Source: Catajapyx aquilonaris (Eukaryota). From it: a stretch of DNA of 64,000 nucleotides. The translations under genes were made by a program, and so were the position numbers. The stretch is from assembly GCA_000934665.2 (NCBI GenBank), contig JYFJ02001084.1:1-64000 (forward strand), given 5' to 3'. Below the pieces are notes generated by a model that did no database searches, was not told where the DNA came from, and was given only the letters and a program-made list of their open reading frames with translations. Shown here one piece after another: positions 1 to 12,700 of this stretch. Positions within the stretch are counted from its first letter, which is position 1. Each line of letters opens with the position of its first letter.

Positions 1-104
1 GGTCTATGGTTTATACAGCAGGGTGATTTCATATAAAACTGACACATTTCTTTCTTTATTTATTCGGATGGACATGCACATAATGGCCCCTTTTTAGCTC
101 TTAA

Positions 105-831
105 CCACTTGACAGATCTATATGCGCTGAGACTCGTTTCTGTTCAACTTGCACGGACTCGGAAGATAGGGACAAGATAGCTTACAAATCATAACAGCTA
201 TAGCCTGCTTACTCATTCATGCTGTACACTATATGAATATGTTTGGAACAATTTTCCACTTCTAGAGGTCGCATAATTAATTTCCAAAAAGATCGCCGTA
301 ACAACTCGAAATTAAATTACTACCGGCCGCAACATACTGTTAGGCTGATTTTATTATGAAATACGCTAAAATATACGGAATAACAACCTTGAGAATCGCG
401 CTATGACGAATATGCTGAAAGCGCCGTACTTCGCCAGAATGAAATTAATACTTACTGCGGCTTATCTCCCACATCGGAAGACTCCAAAATTGATTTAATT
501 TTCGCAAAGTACGACAGTTTCAGCAGATTCATCATGGCACGATTCTCAATAATGTTATTCAGTATACTTAACTCTGTTTCGTAATTAAATCCGCCTAACA
601 GTTAGCCGGTAGTAATTTAATTTCGAGTTGTTACGGCGATCTTTTTGGAAATTAATTGTGCGACTTCTAGACGTGGAAAATGGGTCCAAACATTTTCATA
701 GCGTGTACAGCATGAATGTGTAAGTCCAGCTAGTTATTATTATTTTGTATAACATCTTGTCCGTATTGTCAGAGTATGTGCAAGTTGAACAGAAACGAAT
801 CTCAGCGCCTAGATCTGGTATAGCCAAGCGG
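105..831. mobile_element. Foldback non-autonomous DNA transposon with TTAA target site (piggyBac/Kolobok-type)
   Basis: TTAA at 101-104 and 832-835 flank CC...GG termini. The whole element is an imperfect palindrome, e.g. GCGCTGAGACTCGTTTCTGTTCAACTTGCAC near 124 vs GTGCAAGTTGAACAGAAACGAATCTCAGCGC near 778; centre about 465. Confidence 0.8.
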
Positions 832-1431
832 TTAACCAAAAAGGATTCAATCAAATAAGTCATCTGGAATCCCCCAAAAGATTGTTTATATTACCCCCAC
901 CAAAAATGGAAAATTGTTTTTAAAAAAATATGCTTACTCCGCCTTTCCTAGATCTCCTGTGTATGTGAGAGAAATGGAGGGAAAATTCAGCGAAGATGAA
1001 CAATTACATTACACGAATTTTGGAGGAGACGACTAGTCCCCGTCAGATGTCCGCACCTGTCACGAGTGGCTGGCGCCACAACCACCCTTCCTGGCGGAGG
1101 GAAGGGGAACTATCTTCGGGTGGTCTGACGGAATGAGAGAGAGTGACCCTCTAGTTGGTTGTTGGTTGTCCGTGGAGCGTCGGTTGAGGCCTGGTTCGAA
1201 AGGAAGTGATTGTTGCTTGGTCTGGTTGGGGGGAAGGAAGGACGCCTCATTGTTGGGGCCATTGTTTGGAAGGAAGGAGGAAGGGTGAGTTGTGGGCGAG
1301 GTTGGTCTGGGTCGGGTTGGCATGAATGAAGGGAGGGGACTCAGACTGGAGGCTGCTGGTCTCATTCACTCTTCTTGTTCCAGACAATAAGGGCTAAGGA
1401 GAGAGAGAGACCCATCCTCATCCCATCAGCC

Positions 1432-4400
1432 ATGGACATGCTGAAGTTGGGGAGGTTCCCCTGTCCCCAGTGCCCCAACAACGTCTTCAAGAGGAAGATT
1501 GATCTGATGGCGCACAGCTTCACTCACTCCAGGTGGGACAGGGTCAAGGTGGAGCCAGAGGAGGAGGAGGCAGTGGAGGTCACAATCAGGTGCACCAAGG
1601 AGCAGGAGGAGAAGGTCAAGGAGTGTTGGAAAGGAAGTCTGGAGGTCAAAGTGGAGCCAGGGGAGGCCACAGTCCAGTTTGATGAGGAGGCGGTCAAGGA
1701 ATGTTGGAAAGGAAGAGGTGCCTTAGGGGTCAAAGTGGAGCCAGGGGAGGAGGGCAACAGTAGCCATGAATGTGAGGCTGGGGGCAGAGGGAGGCATGGT
1801 CCAGACGGGGAGGAGGAGGCAGCGGGCAGAAGTGACGGAGACGGAGGAAAGCCAGAGCAGGTGAGAAAGGAGATTATTATTGGACATGCTCAGTTAACTT
1901 AAAACCAATGTCCCTGGCAAACGTGGTCTGAAATAACAAGTGTTTTAACCCATGCAAAGGAATATGTTGAGTTGCATTATAATAGCCAGAGCTGCCAACC
2001 CTCCCGCATTGGGCGGGGGACTCCCGCATTTACGTGTTTTCCCCCGCCCCCCCGCACGCAGGGTTATTTCCCCCGCTGTAGAGATTATCGTTAAATTAGT
2101 ATATTTAGTACTAGTACCACCTCACTCAGCCCCGTGTCACTTCCCCCCTAGTTGTATGGATACGGTAGTTTAATTTCTGTGTCACAACCAGGCTGGGAAT
2201 TTGGCGCTGGCTGCGCTACATCGTTCGCTATCCGCCATCTTTTCCAAGGTGTACTCAAGTGGTAAGTCTGCGGAAGAAAGGTGTAGCCAATCGCGACAGA
2301 CGACCCGCTACCTACCACAGGAGTTGCACATTGAACAAGATGGTGTCTTAGCGAACGATGGGACACAGAATTTATTACACTACCTTATTCGTGGAGTATC
2401 AGAGGGCTGACCTCACTCTAATGCTGCTGAGGAACGTGTGTTCAGTATTAGAAAAAACAAGACCGAATTTCGAGGTAGCCTATCATTAACTGGAACACTA
2501 TCATCTATTATGAGTTTATGACTGTCAAAATGGTAAACTTAAATTCAGCCACATTTAAACCCCCTTAGGAAGTTGTTCTTACAGCCAAAAAAGCTACTGT
2601 AACCTATAACAAAGTACATACTGGTAAGTAAATGTGCCTGAAACATTCCTATAATTGGATTTTGACTTTATATGAAAATCCCCCTCTCAGATGGTCAATC
2701 CCACTCATTATGTCATTACCTCCCCCTCATTTTTGAGGGGTAGGGTTGGCAGCTCTGTAATAGCACAACCAGCTCTAACTGGTAAGTGCTGGTGAGGAGC
2801 CATCCATAAATTACGTAACGCTGATTTTCGCCTTTTTTGACCCCCCGTACCCCCATGTAACGCGTAACTTATGCTATGAAATTGAATTTTCCAATTAATT
2901 GTATTTTAATTAGGGCATTACATAAAGGTCGGCCGGACCCCCTCCCCATTGTAACGGAATGTCACGCTGGCGTCGACCCCCCCCCCTCCCCCCCAAAGCG
3001 TTACGTAATTTATGGATGGCCCCTTTGTAAGTAGAATCAAGTCCAACGTAAGTCGAATCAAGTCCGATGTAAGTCGAGTCAAGTCCGAAGTAAGTCGAAT
3101 CAAGTCCGATGTAAGTCGAGTCAAGTCCGAAGTAAGTCGAATCAAGTTATTTGTAAGTCGTAACAAGTCCGACGTAAGCCAAATGAAGTCCTTTGTAAGT
3201 AGAATCAAGTCCGACGTAAGTAGAATCAAGTCCGACGTAAGTAGAATCAAGTACGACGTAAGTCGAATCAAGTCCGATGTAAGTCGAGTCAAGTCCGATG
3301 TAAGTCGAATCAAGGCCGACGTAAGTCGAATGAAGGCCGACGTAAGTCGAATCAAGTACTTTCCAAGTCGAATCAAGGCCGATGTAAGTCGAGTCAAGTC
3401 CGACGTAAGTAGGATCAAGTCCGACTTGAGTCGAATCTTGTCCTTTGTAAGTAGAATCAAGTCCGAAGTAAGTAGAATCAAGTCCGACGTAAGAAGAATC
3501 AAGTCCGACGTGAGTAGAATCAAGTCCTTTGTGAGTCGAATCAAGTCGGATGTAAGTCGAGTCAAGTCCGAAGTAATTATAATCAAGTCCGACGTAAGTA
3601 GAATCAAGTCCTTTGTGAGTCGAATCAAGGCCGACGTAAATCGAATCAAGGCCGACGTAAGTCGAATCAAGTCCGACGTAAGTCGAATCAAGGCCGACGT
3701 AAGTAGAATCAAGTCCTCCTTAAGTCGAATCAACCGATGTAAGTCGAATCAAGTCCGACGTAAGTCGAGTCAAGTCCGATGTAAGTCGAGTCAAGTTCGA
3801 AGTAAGTAGAATCAAGTCCGACGTGAGTAGAATCAAGTCCTTTGTGAGTCGAATCAAGTCCGATGTAAGTCGAGTCAAGTCCTTTGTAAGTAGTGTCAAG
3901 TCCGACGTAAGTCGAATCTAGGCCGACGTAAGTAGACGTAAGTAGGGTCATAACTCCCAGTAGAATGATGCAATCGAAATGCATCTTGTTTGTCGTAACA
4001 AGGATGAGTGTCACGACAATGTGGTGTAAGGACGTTGCTGTAGGTCAACTCCATCCACGTCACGCGCTGGACATGTGGACATACCCGCGTGAATTTATGA
4101 CACACCCTGTAACTCGAAAACTGGACGTAGTAGGAGATTCCCCCACGGAGGTCTTACTACCTTTTTTTCACTGAAGTTAATGTTTTTTCTCTTATTTCAG
4201 TTCTTTTTTTAAACCCCTTCGCAATACCAGATATACCGCCATCTCCTATGTTGGCGCTTACACGTACTCTGAAGACAACGACAAGATATTTAACAAATAA
4301 TAACAGCTACGGTGATATATGTATCATATCATTCTAACACATTTGTGCTCTACACTACAGTCTGCACTATGAATGTATTGGAGACGATTTTCGTCGCTTA

Positions 4401-7400
4401 GAAGTCCCTAAAATGACTTTCACAGAGATAATCGTGAAAAAGCGAAATTCGAGTGCTACCAGCCAACGGTTAGTCTGATTTAATTATGAAACAGCCTATT
4501 CGCTAAAATGTACGGAATATATACATTGAGAGCTGTACCAGACGAATTTGCTGAAATCGTGGTACTTTGCAAGAATTCAACGAATACTTATTTTAAGCTT
4601 GTCTCCATCACATCTTAAAACTCCCGAACTTATTTAATTTTCGCGAAATGTGACTATTTCAGCAAATTGGTCTGGCACGTTTCTCAAGATAGATATTCCT
4701 CTTATACTGTAGGCCTAGGATAATTTAATAATTAAATCAGCTTAAGAGTTGGCCGGTAATACCTGGCGATGGCAATGCCAATGGCGATAGAGCTGGTAGG
4801 GAAGGGTTAATAGTACAGTTGAATCCAGATAAAACAAACTTCAAGAGACAGCGGAAAAAGTCTGTTATAACCGAGGTCTGTTAGCCAAATAGTCACGCAA
4901 TGAACACGGAGATTTCTGCTTTCAATATGGCTGCAATATGCACTGCTAGACTTCATGCCAATTAATGCAATCTGTCAAAAATGTAATATTAGCTCACCCG
5001 AAAATTATGGAGGACCAAAATTAATTGAAGAAGTCTCTGCAATAACCAGGTATGCGCACTTAGGTCTTTTTTCCTGAGATTTAAAGCGAAAAATCCTATA
5101 AATCAGGTAAGCCCACAATCATACCTGATGATTATTGCAGAGAACCCTTCCAGGTATAAGGATTTTATGCAATCTGGACAATATGGACCATAGGCTTTTC
5201 ACTTTAAAACTCAGCTGCACATACCTTGTTATTGCAGAGAGCCCTTCAGTTGTTAATTATATTACATGAAGTCAATTTTCATGTTCTCATTGCAGGGATT
5301 GGAACCATTCATCCTGTTGTACCAGCTTCTCTATTGTGCCCATTGTGATGGTGCATTTGCCACAAAGAGGGACCTGGAGAGGCACATGCTGGAGAAGCAC
5401 ATCACTCCTGAGCTGCAGGTAAAATAATAAATCTATTTATAAATTTTAGTTAGGGCTTCCTATGTAGAGCAGGTTTCCGTTAACCCTTTGACCCCTGATT
5501 TTTTGGGGGGCCTTTTTCTTCTCTTTTTGACCAAAATTTGTACTAGGTAGTAGGAGTAATATTAATGAAAAACAATATGCTCAAATATTTATCTTTTAAC
5601 TCATGCTGGTCTTTTTGAAAGTAAATTGCCGACAAAATTCAATTACACGGTGTTCCAGATTTTTAAAAAATTCTATTGACTTTAAACGTAATTAAATTTA
5701 ATGAAAATTTTAAAGTGACTAAATTGTTACTATGATTACATAATAGAAACGGCATCCAGAGGGGATTCGTAGACGAAGAACGGGTGCGCTCAGACGCGTC
5801 GGGCGAGAGGCGCTAGGAGAGCGGACTGTTTTGTTGATAGATGGCGCGCAGTTGTTGCCAGGTTATGGCGTATCGCGTCGTTGTAAGCAAACAACAACGC
5901 TATACGCCATAACCTGGCAACAACAGAACCGCTGTTGACTATCCGCGCGTCTCCTAGTTGTCGGATGTTAGTTGCTAGATGGCTCTGCTGTTGCCACGTT
6001 ATGGCACATCGCATCGTTGGTTACTCTCTGAGCGCCATCTATCAACAAAACAGTCCGCTCGCCTAGCGGCTCTCGCCTGACGCGTCTGCGAGCACCCGTT
6101 CCTTGTCTATGAACCCCCTCTAGATGGCGTTTCCGGACACAGGTTCCAATGTCAAAAGTATAGTATTATCAGCATTTCCTTGAAAGTCACTTCCAGTGCT
6201 TCTTCCCACCCCCCACACCTAATGCATCGGGGGGGGGGGGGGGGGCGCATTTATTGCGAATGGTGGACAATATTTTAAACTAAGGTAAGTTTAAAACCAA
6301 ACATCGTGTTTTTAGGTAGATAGGCGAGCGGTCACTGGTGTAAAAGACGCTTATTTAAGGGTTTATTGACCACTTCAGTATAACAAGCAAATGATCCTTT
6401 CTTTTGGAAAGTGCATATCGTGCTTGCATCGTACGTGAAATTTTTATGATGTCGGACCCCGGGAAGTGCCCAAAATGACGCCATCAAGATGGCCGAAATT
6501 GAATATTGCTAGAGTGCTAGAAATGAATATCTGGATCCCCCGGTACTCGTTCCGACTGCGGATTTTGGCTGCCAAGTTGTTAAGTACCTAAGCGATAATT
6601 ACAGAACCCTACTGATTCCTCAGGAGTGAGTCTGAGGTCACATGACTGACAAATACGCCAAGCAACTTACCAAACTTCAGAGAACATTTCGCTTTAGTCA
6701 CGTTTTGCAGCTCCGCCCCTTGAGGTATAGCAGAAAATACTTCCTGTAGACATTGTAGCTAGCTTTATTCTGGACATTTCGGAATTCTCTTAGAAGTACA
6801 TCGGTTGAATATTGTACACAGGAGAGCAGTTTTTGTGAGCGAGTGCGCGAGTAGGTGGCGCATGGCGCCTGTAGTACGGCAGATAAGTGAAATATTTGGA
6901 AGTTGGAACAATTGCGCCTTTAAGGTGGAAATGAAGCGACTTGCTAATCAAATGAGAGTCTAGAATTGGAATGTTAACAAGAAGGGCTAAAATCAGAGAA
7001 ACATACGCAACCGATGCAGCAGTAAATGCTGTTCAATCCTATGCATTCCATTCGAATCTGCGTTTTAAACTCGATTTAATATGGGCCTATTACCGGCTGC
7101 AAGTTTTTGTGCGCAGGCGCAATTGTCACGGCTGCCAACTTAAACATGGTATTTGGAGGTATGCTTAATATTTGTTATTTTTGATGGAAATCGATTTTAT
7201 TCGGTCGTAATTACGAGGTCCCAATTTGTCATGGCATTTTTAAAAGTTTAGTTCCGAAAGGTGAGCCTGTAGCTCTTCATTTGTGTCGGATTTGGAACAC
7301 GTTCAGTTGGTACGCGAGTGACAGGCAGAAGCGGCAACACAGCAAAGGTCCGGGCCAAATATCGCGTAGCAGTATGTGACGTCATTGTTGGGTGGATTCG

Positions 7401-9714
7401 AATCATTCGATTATTCTATTATAATTATAACTATATAAACTAATATAACGGTTCTGACGTCTGACAAACACCCCCCGCCAAACGAAAATCCTGTGTGAGC
7501 CATTGTAAGAACCATCATACTAACTTGCACTCATATTTCGCGGTCGTATGCAACCGTATCTCGCTACCGTAAACAACGCAGTGTTGCCACTGCCTCACTC
7601 GAATGGAGCAAGGTGACGTCACTGGATCATTTTCGGATCGTTTTTCCGCAATTCAAATTGAAAGAGCACGGTGAGGTAGGTTTTTCTTTTTGCGGTTGCG
7701 ATCAGTATATAAGTCCCGACATATTCCACATTTAATTTTAAAATTCTCATTTACCTATGATTTTTTTGTGGACGATTGAAAATTCGGCCATAAGGCCCCA
7801 TGTTAAATCGCGAACTTCTGAGCCCTCCAGTTCGCTAATTTGCACGGTGACGAATATATTTTTTTGCGCCATTGATAAGAGGACACAAAACTGCGTAACA
7901 TACGTTTTTTTTCATAAAATTCTCATTAAGTGACTCTAGCTTCATTTCCACCTTAATGATAGAAGCATGAAATTTGGCACACTTGTAGATAACACCCTAC
8001 AATGGACGTTGTTGGAAGGGCGGCCATCTCCGATTCTTCCTGTATGACATATTGTAACGTACGAAAATGCGTACGACATAAAAATTTTGACATACAACAA
8101 ATGCGGATGACATGAGAATGTGGCATCCAAAAAATGGGTATGACATATTGTGGCATATTAAGACATTGTAACGTTACAAAAAATGCGTATGTCATGAAAA
8201 TGTGACATCCAAAAAATTCAAAAAAATATTGTGGCATACAAAAATGCATATGACATGAGAATGTGACATTTGCGGTACACCCTGTATCGCGGGTGCTTGG
8301 AAATGTCATTCTCCCACCATGAAAACATGACGCATACGCTCGCTGGAGTAAATCCAGCGGTTTTTCTGCCCTTCCCCCCGTTGGCCGTTGCGTTGGCATG
8401 TTGTACCTAACCAAGCTCCGAACCCGCTCTTGAACCGGGTTCAACTCCGGAGCCGTTGGCCTGAACCAAACTCCGAACCCGCTCCTACCTTGGCTCCACT
8501 CTCCCCCTGAACTGGCTTGAACCCGAACCCAGTTCCGACGCTCGCTCCGAACCCGGCTCCGGAGCGGGTTCACATCCCACCCGGATTCGGTTCACATCCC
8601 ACCCCTGGTTAGTACAGAGATGCATTTTGATCAATAGACCTACTTCCTACTACATTATGGATGATGAAGAGAAAAGAAGCGGGCTGCTGCAAATGCGAGA
8701 CTGCTGCCTGAATAAATACAGTAATAGTATTTCAAGGCGAACATACTGACTGTGAGTTCAAAGCTCTCTTCAAATACACATGCATTTATGAGGTGTCATT
8801 AATTTCAGGGAAAAGCTGCTGAAGAGAAGAAGAGGGATGGACTCCAGCAAGACATGCTCAAGGGGAGACGCTTTAGGGGGAATTGGTGTCAGATTTGCAA
8901 GAGGAAGTTTAGTTCCCCAAGTCAGTTGAAGGACCACATGAGAATCCATTCTGGGGAGAAGCCATTCTGTTGTGAGGTTTGTGAGAGAAAGTTCAGTCAG
9001 TCAGGAAATTTGAATAGGCATATGAGGACCCACACAGGGGAGAAGCCATTCAGCTGCAAGGTGTGTGAGAATAAGTTTAGCCAGTCAGACTATTTGAATA
9101 AGCACATGAGGACCCACGCAGGGGAGAAGCCATTCACCTGCAAGGTGTGTGAGAGGAAGTTTAGTGAGTTAGGAAGTTTGAATATGCATATGAGAACCCA
9201 CACAGGGGAGAAGCCATTCAGTTGCCAGGTATGTGAAAGAAAGTTTAGACGTTCAGGACATTTGAATTCACACATGAGGATTCACACAGGGGAGAAGCCA
9301 TTCAGTTGCAAGATTTGTGAGAGAAAGTTTAGTGAGTCAGGAAGTTTGAATAAGCACATGAGGATTCACACAGGGGAGAAGCCATTCAGCTGCAAGGTGT
9401 GTGAGAGGAAGTTTAGTAGGTCATACAGTTTGAATAATCACATGATGGGTCACACAGGGGAGAAGCCATTCAGCTGCAAGGTGTGTGAGAGAAAGTTTAG
9501 GCTGTCATGCAATTTTAAGAGGCATATGAGGACCCACACAGGGGTGAAGCCATTCAGTTGCGAGGTTTGTGAGAGAAGGTTTAGTGAGTCAGGAAGTTTG
9601 AATAGGCATATGAGAACCCACACTTGGGAGAAGCCATTCATATGCCTGATTTGCAAGATGTCGTTTAGTCACACATCTACTTTGTTGCAGCATAATGCTG
9701 AAACACACAGGTGA
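1432..9714 (+). CDS. C2H2 zinc-finger protein, ~485 aa; exons 1432-1860, 5296-5418, 8809-9714
   Basis: Exon 1 has a CPQC..HSFTH finger and an acidic region, ending CAG|GTGAGA. Exon 2 (not in the ORF track) follows TGCAG, encodes [41 protein letters not shown] and ends CAG|GTAAAA. Exon 3 follows TTTCAG and has 10 tandem fingers with HTGEKPF linkers. All junctions are phase 0. A candidate AATAAA lies at 10904. Confidence 0.85.
1987..2757 (+). mobile_element. hAT-family deletion derivative with transposase C-terminal remnant
   Basis: TIRs CAGAGCTGCCAACCCT / AGGGTTGGCAGCTCTG with direct repeat TAATAGC on both sides. From 2411 it reads [34 protein letters not shown], then after a frameshift and stop [21 protein letters not shown], resembling the hAT dimerisation region. 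Confidence 0.8.
2795..3024. mobile_element. MITE with PIF/Harbinger-like TIRs
   Basis: AGGAGCCATCCATAAATTACGTAACGCT ... AGCGTTACGTAATTTATGGATGGCCCCT. TSD not clear because the right end abuts the minisatellite. Confidence 0.7.
3025..3945. repeat. 21-bp minisatellite, consensus GTAAGTCGAATCAAGTCCGAC, about 44 copies
   Basis: Direct tandem units are visible and produce the 7-aa periodic ORFs on both strands. Lies in intron 1 of the zinc-finger gene. Confidence 0.95.
4214..4806. mobile_element. Diverged relative of the TTAA foldback element at 105-831
   Basis: Termini CCCCTTC...GAAGGG followed by TTAA. Shares internal blocks with 105-831 (CTGATTTAATTATGAA, CGCTAAAATxTACGGAATA, GACGAATxTGCTGAAA). 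Confidence 0.65.
4816..4883 (-). mobile_element. Terminal fragment of the Tc1/pogo-type MITE seen complete at 15591-16090
   Basis: TA-CAGTTGAATCCAGATAAAACAAACTTCAAG matches the reverse complement of the 16030-16090 end. Confidence 0.6.
5746..6133. mobile_element. GC-rich foldback element with internal hairpin
   Basis: About 100-bp arms (GAGCGGACTGTTTTGTTGATAGATGGCGC vs GCGCCATCTATCAACAAAACAGTCCGCTC) plus an inner hairpin GTTGTTGCCAGGTTATGGCGTAT...TATACGCCATAACCTGGCAACAAC (5852-5924). Confidence 0.75.
8410..8607. repeat. Degenerate short tandem repeat (CTCCGAACCCG-like units)
   Basis: Repeated CTCCGAACCCG/GAACC units and a duplicated GGTTCACATCCCACCC. Confidence 0.55.
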
Positions 9715-12700
9715 GAAACATTGTGGTTGCCAGGTTTGCAGGAAAAGTTTCCGTCACTCGGGAAGTTTAAAAAAGCATCTGAGAATGCACACAGAGGAAA
9801 AGTGATTTAGTTGTTGAAGCTGTTTAAGGCCCCCACATTCACACAGGCTCTTCATTAGTCTAGTTATCTACACACACCATGTTAGCTACTGACAGTTTTA
9901 TGAAAGGCTTTAGAAGCATCCTTAATGGAGGAGTAAGAGGAAGGAAGGAATCAAAGGAAAGGCTGGTATACATTAGGTGTGAGATGTCAGGGATTCCAAA
10001 CAGCAGGAGGGCTGGAAATGGGAACTGAGTTTACTGGCAGTCGAATGTATTCAATGTAGTATAGACCCAAAGCTAAGTAATGTTGCCCCTTGAATCCCCC
10101 AACGTTGTTCAGCAAAGGGGATGACGATGTACGCTGATCTATGTGCCAGTGTGGACATGAGATCTGGTAAGGCCCCCTTTTCTTTGTGGAGACGACTGTC
10201 TGCAGTGGCGTCCCAGTCGAACACAAATTGGAGCAGGCTCTATATCCCTTCCGCTAGGAAGCTTTCCACTCAGGATGGCCGACTGATCGAGCGCCTGCCC
10301 ACTGCAGACAGCCTCTACAAAGTCCACAATGTAAAGATGGCCTAACTTGCCTCTCTGGAGACTGGAGATGTCCACGGAGAGCCTTTCTGCAAGGCCTGTA
10401 GCATATTTATTCAACCTGATATATAAAAGATAGTTAAGTTGTAATGGTGTAGCCTGGGGTAAATCACACGCCATGTCAACAAAGTTTCTGAGTTGTGGTA
10501 TGCCTGCTATACTCTTGACTCTGCAGCCCACCTGGAACCCATTGTGCCATTGGTATAGGACCTGATCTAGCTGCCTAATTTTTGACCTACTGTAGTTGTA
10601 TTGTAGGCAGTTGGGTCCTGTTAAGGTCTTGAAAAGCAGTTTGGATGTGCAGACAGTGAGGGATACCCACAGAGTGTGTGACACTTGGCAGGATATGGTA
10701 TTTTGAGTCGAAAGACTGATGTACCTGTAGAAACTGGGGAATGGAAAAGAGACATGGGAATGAGAAAGGAGTGAGGATGAAGTGAACTTGATGTGAGATT
10801 TGATCTGCATTTGAGAAGCACACTGGAGTAGATACTTGGGATGTGGGGTTGGGAAATTAATTAGGGTTTATTTGCGTGATTGTACTGTCTGTGTATCATA
10901 TTAAATAAAGCATTTGTAAATAGAAGCTGTTGTATTTTTAAAAGTACGTCAATTGCATTTGGACAAAGGTCTATGTGCCTCTTGGCTTTTCAGTCAGCCC
11001 AGGCAGATTTAGGCCCCTAAGTCCCTAAGTTGAGGAGCTATCATTTTCGATTGCGTTTTTTCTGATAACATTGACATTTAAGAAAACCACGTGAAAAGGG
11101 CGGCGAGGGGGAGGGGATAGGAGACAGAGAGACACCAGTATGTCCTCTCTTCTTTTCTTCGAGTCAGAACGTTGACACCTTTCCATTGCCTGCATATTAT
11201 GTAATGGAATTAGCAATTGCATTTAATAATGCTTCGAAAGACCTCTGTATAAAATAATCTGAATGTTTTTTTCCCGTGCGAAGAACGGGTATTGCAGCTA
11301 GTGTCTAATAATCGACACAGGGTAGTCCATGATCGGAACATCAACATTTTTTGGGTCCAATAGTGGACACCTCAGCTAAAACTTTTTTACCTGAAGATTG
11401 ACACAAAAAGACATCATATTTGGAAAATTTGAAGCATTTGCATCCTCTTCCACTCAAAATACCCGAAGTAACACTTCCACTTATTTATATGCAAGGTTTT
11501 ACATTCAACGTGTGTCTCACCGAATCCGCTAAGAAAAGCACCATTTCAAGGCAAAAATGGGAGCTTTCGGATTGTAAAGGCAGGTAGAGGAAAGATGCTT
11601 CTTCTCCTTAGCTTGTGAGGCAGTGAGTTGAGCGCTGGAATCGGCAGGCAACGGACGGTGGCGACCCTGTGGGCCAACCAGCTCAACCAGAGGAGCACCA
11701 CCTCTCTCGTTGAACAGGAGGAAGGTTTTCTTTTGGGGGCCAGTCAGTGGTGGCATTCCAGTCGGCAGGTGCAGTTGGAGCCAGAGTGTGTGCGCAGTGT
11801 GCAGCATCGCGGGAGTGATAAGGTGCCAGTGTGTTGTGTACACAGAGGTGCGCGAGTGCTCTTGGTCACACTTGCACACAAAGGATTATTATTACCACGC
11901 ACAACCCATCCATCCAAGGACCTGATGGGGAAGGTGGACAAGTGATCAGCAGGTATATTTTTAGAAGTAGTTCCTTTAGGCCTGGATTTAACAGCAAAGG
12001 TGCACGTTTTGGCTTAAGTATGAGCCTCAACGGTTTTAGCTCTAAACTAAGCCAGAATAAATTGGAAAGTGTTCGAGCATTTTTTTAAAAAAAGGATAAG
12101 CGCCGTGTGATCATTCGTGTTAGCAGCTGCACTTGTTATACATTCGTGTCTAAAATTACAAACGGCTCCTTATTTTAAAGTCGGTAATCAATTTTCTTAC
12201 AATTAATATAGAGGAAATACACTTTTATTCGAGGTAATGCATTGCCCAAATCCCTAGTTCAAGAGAAGTGTGAAGGGGGAAAAAGGCACTGATTGGGCGA
12301 CTGGGGCAAACAATTTGAAGAGAAGCAAGCATTTTACGTGTGACTGTGATTCTTCTTTACAATGGTTGCTGTAGTAAACAATTCGTGTCGATTGGTGAAT
12401 CGTAAATTTGGACAGTGCACCAGCTTGTGGAGACAGTTAAAATAATCGCATCTGGACGTGCAATTATTGTTGTTGAACACTTGAGAATTTTCACACATTT
12501 ATTCTGGAAATGCAGGAGTTCTCTAGGGCGGGTTAGAAGGAATTTGGGAGACTATTTTTATTAATAACGGAGGAATTCCTGTCTGCGCCCTTCCGCCTCC
12601 CACATTCCGTACAAATTCTTCCTTAAATTCATCGGAAATCATTTGCATTCCACGCTGTTATCCCTGGATTTATCCCGGATTATCTGCGGATTTCCCCCAG

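Noticed and set aside
2918..4014. Long 7-aa-periodic ORFs on both strands (VSRIKSD / LIRLTSD) resembling coiled-coil proteins
   Set aside because: They arise from a stop-free 21-bp minisatellite inside an intron; the + strand start codon comes from a MITE TIR.
10139..10810. 223-aa minus-strand ORF downstream of the zinc-finger gene
   Set aside because: No recognisable domain or splice structure. It probably overlaps the 3' UTR or a decayed repeat; BLASTX would be needed.
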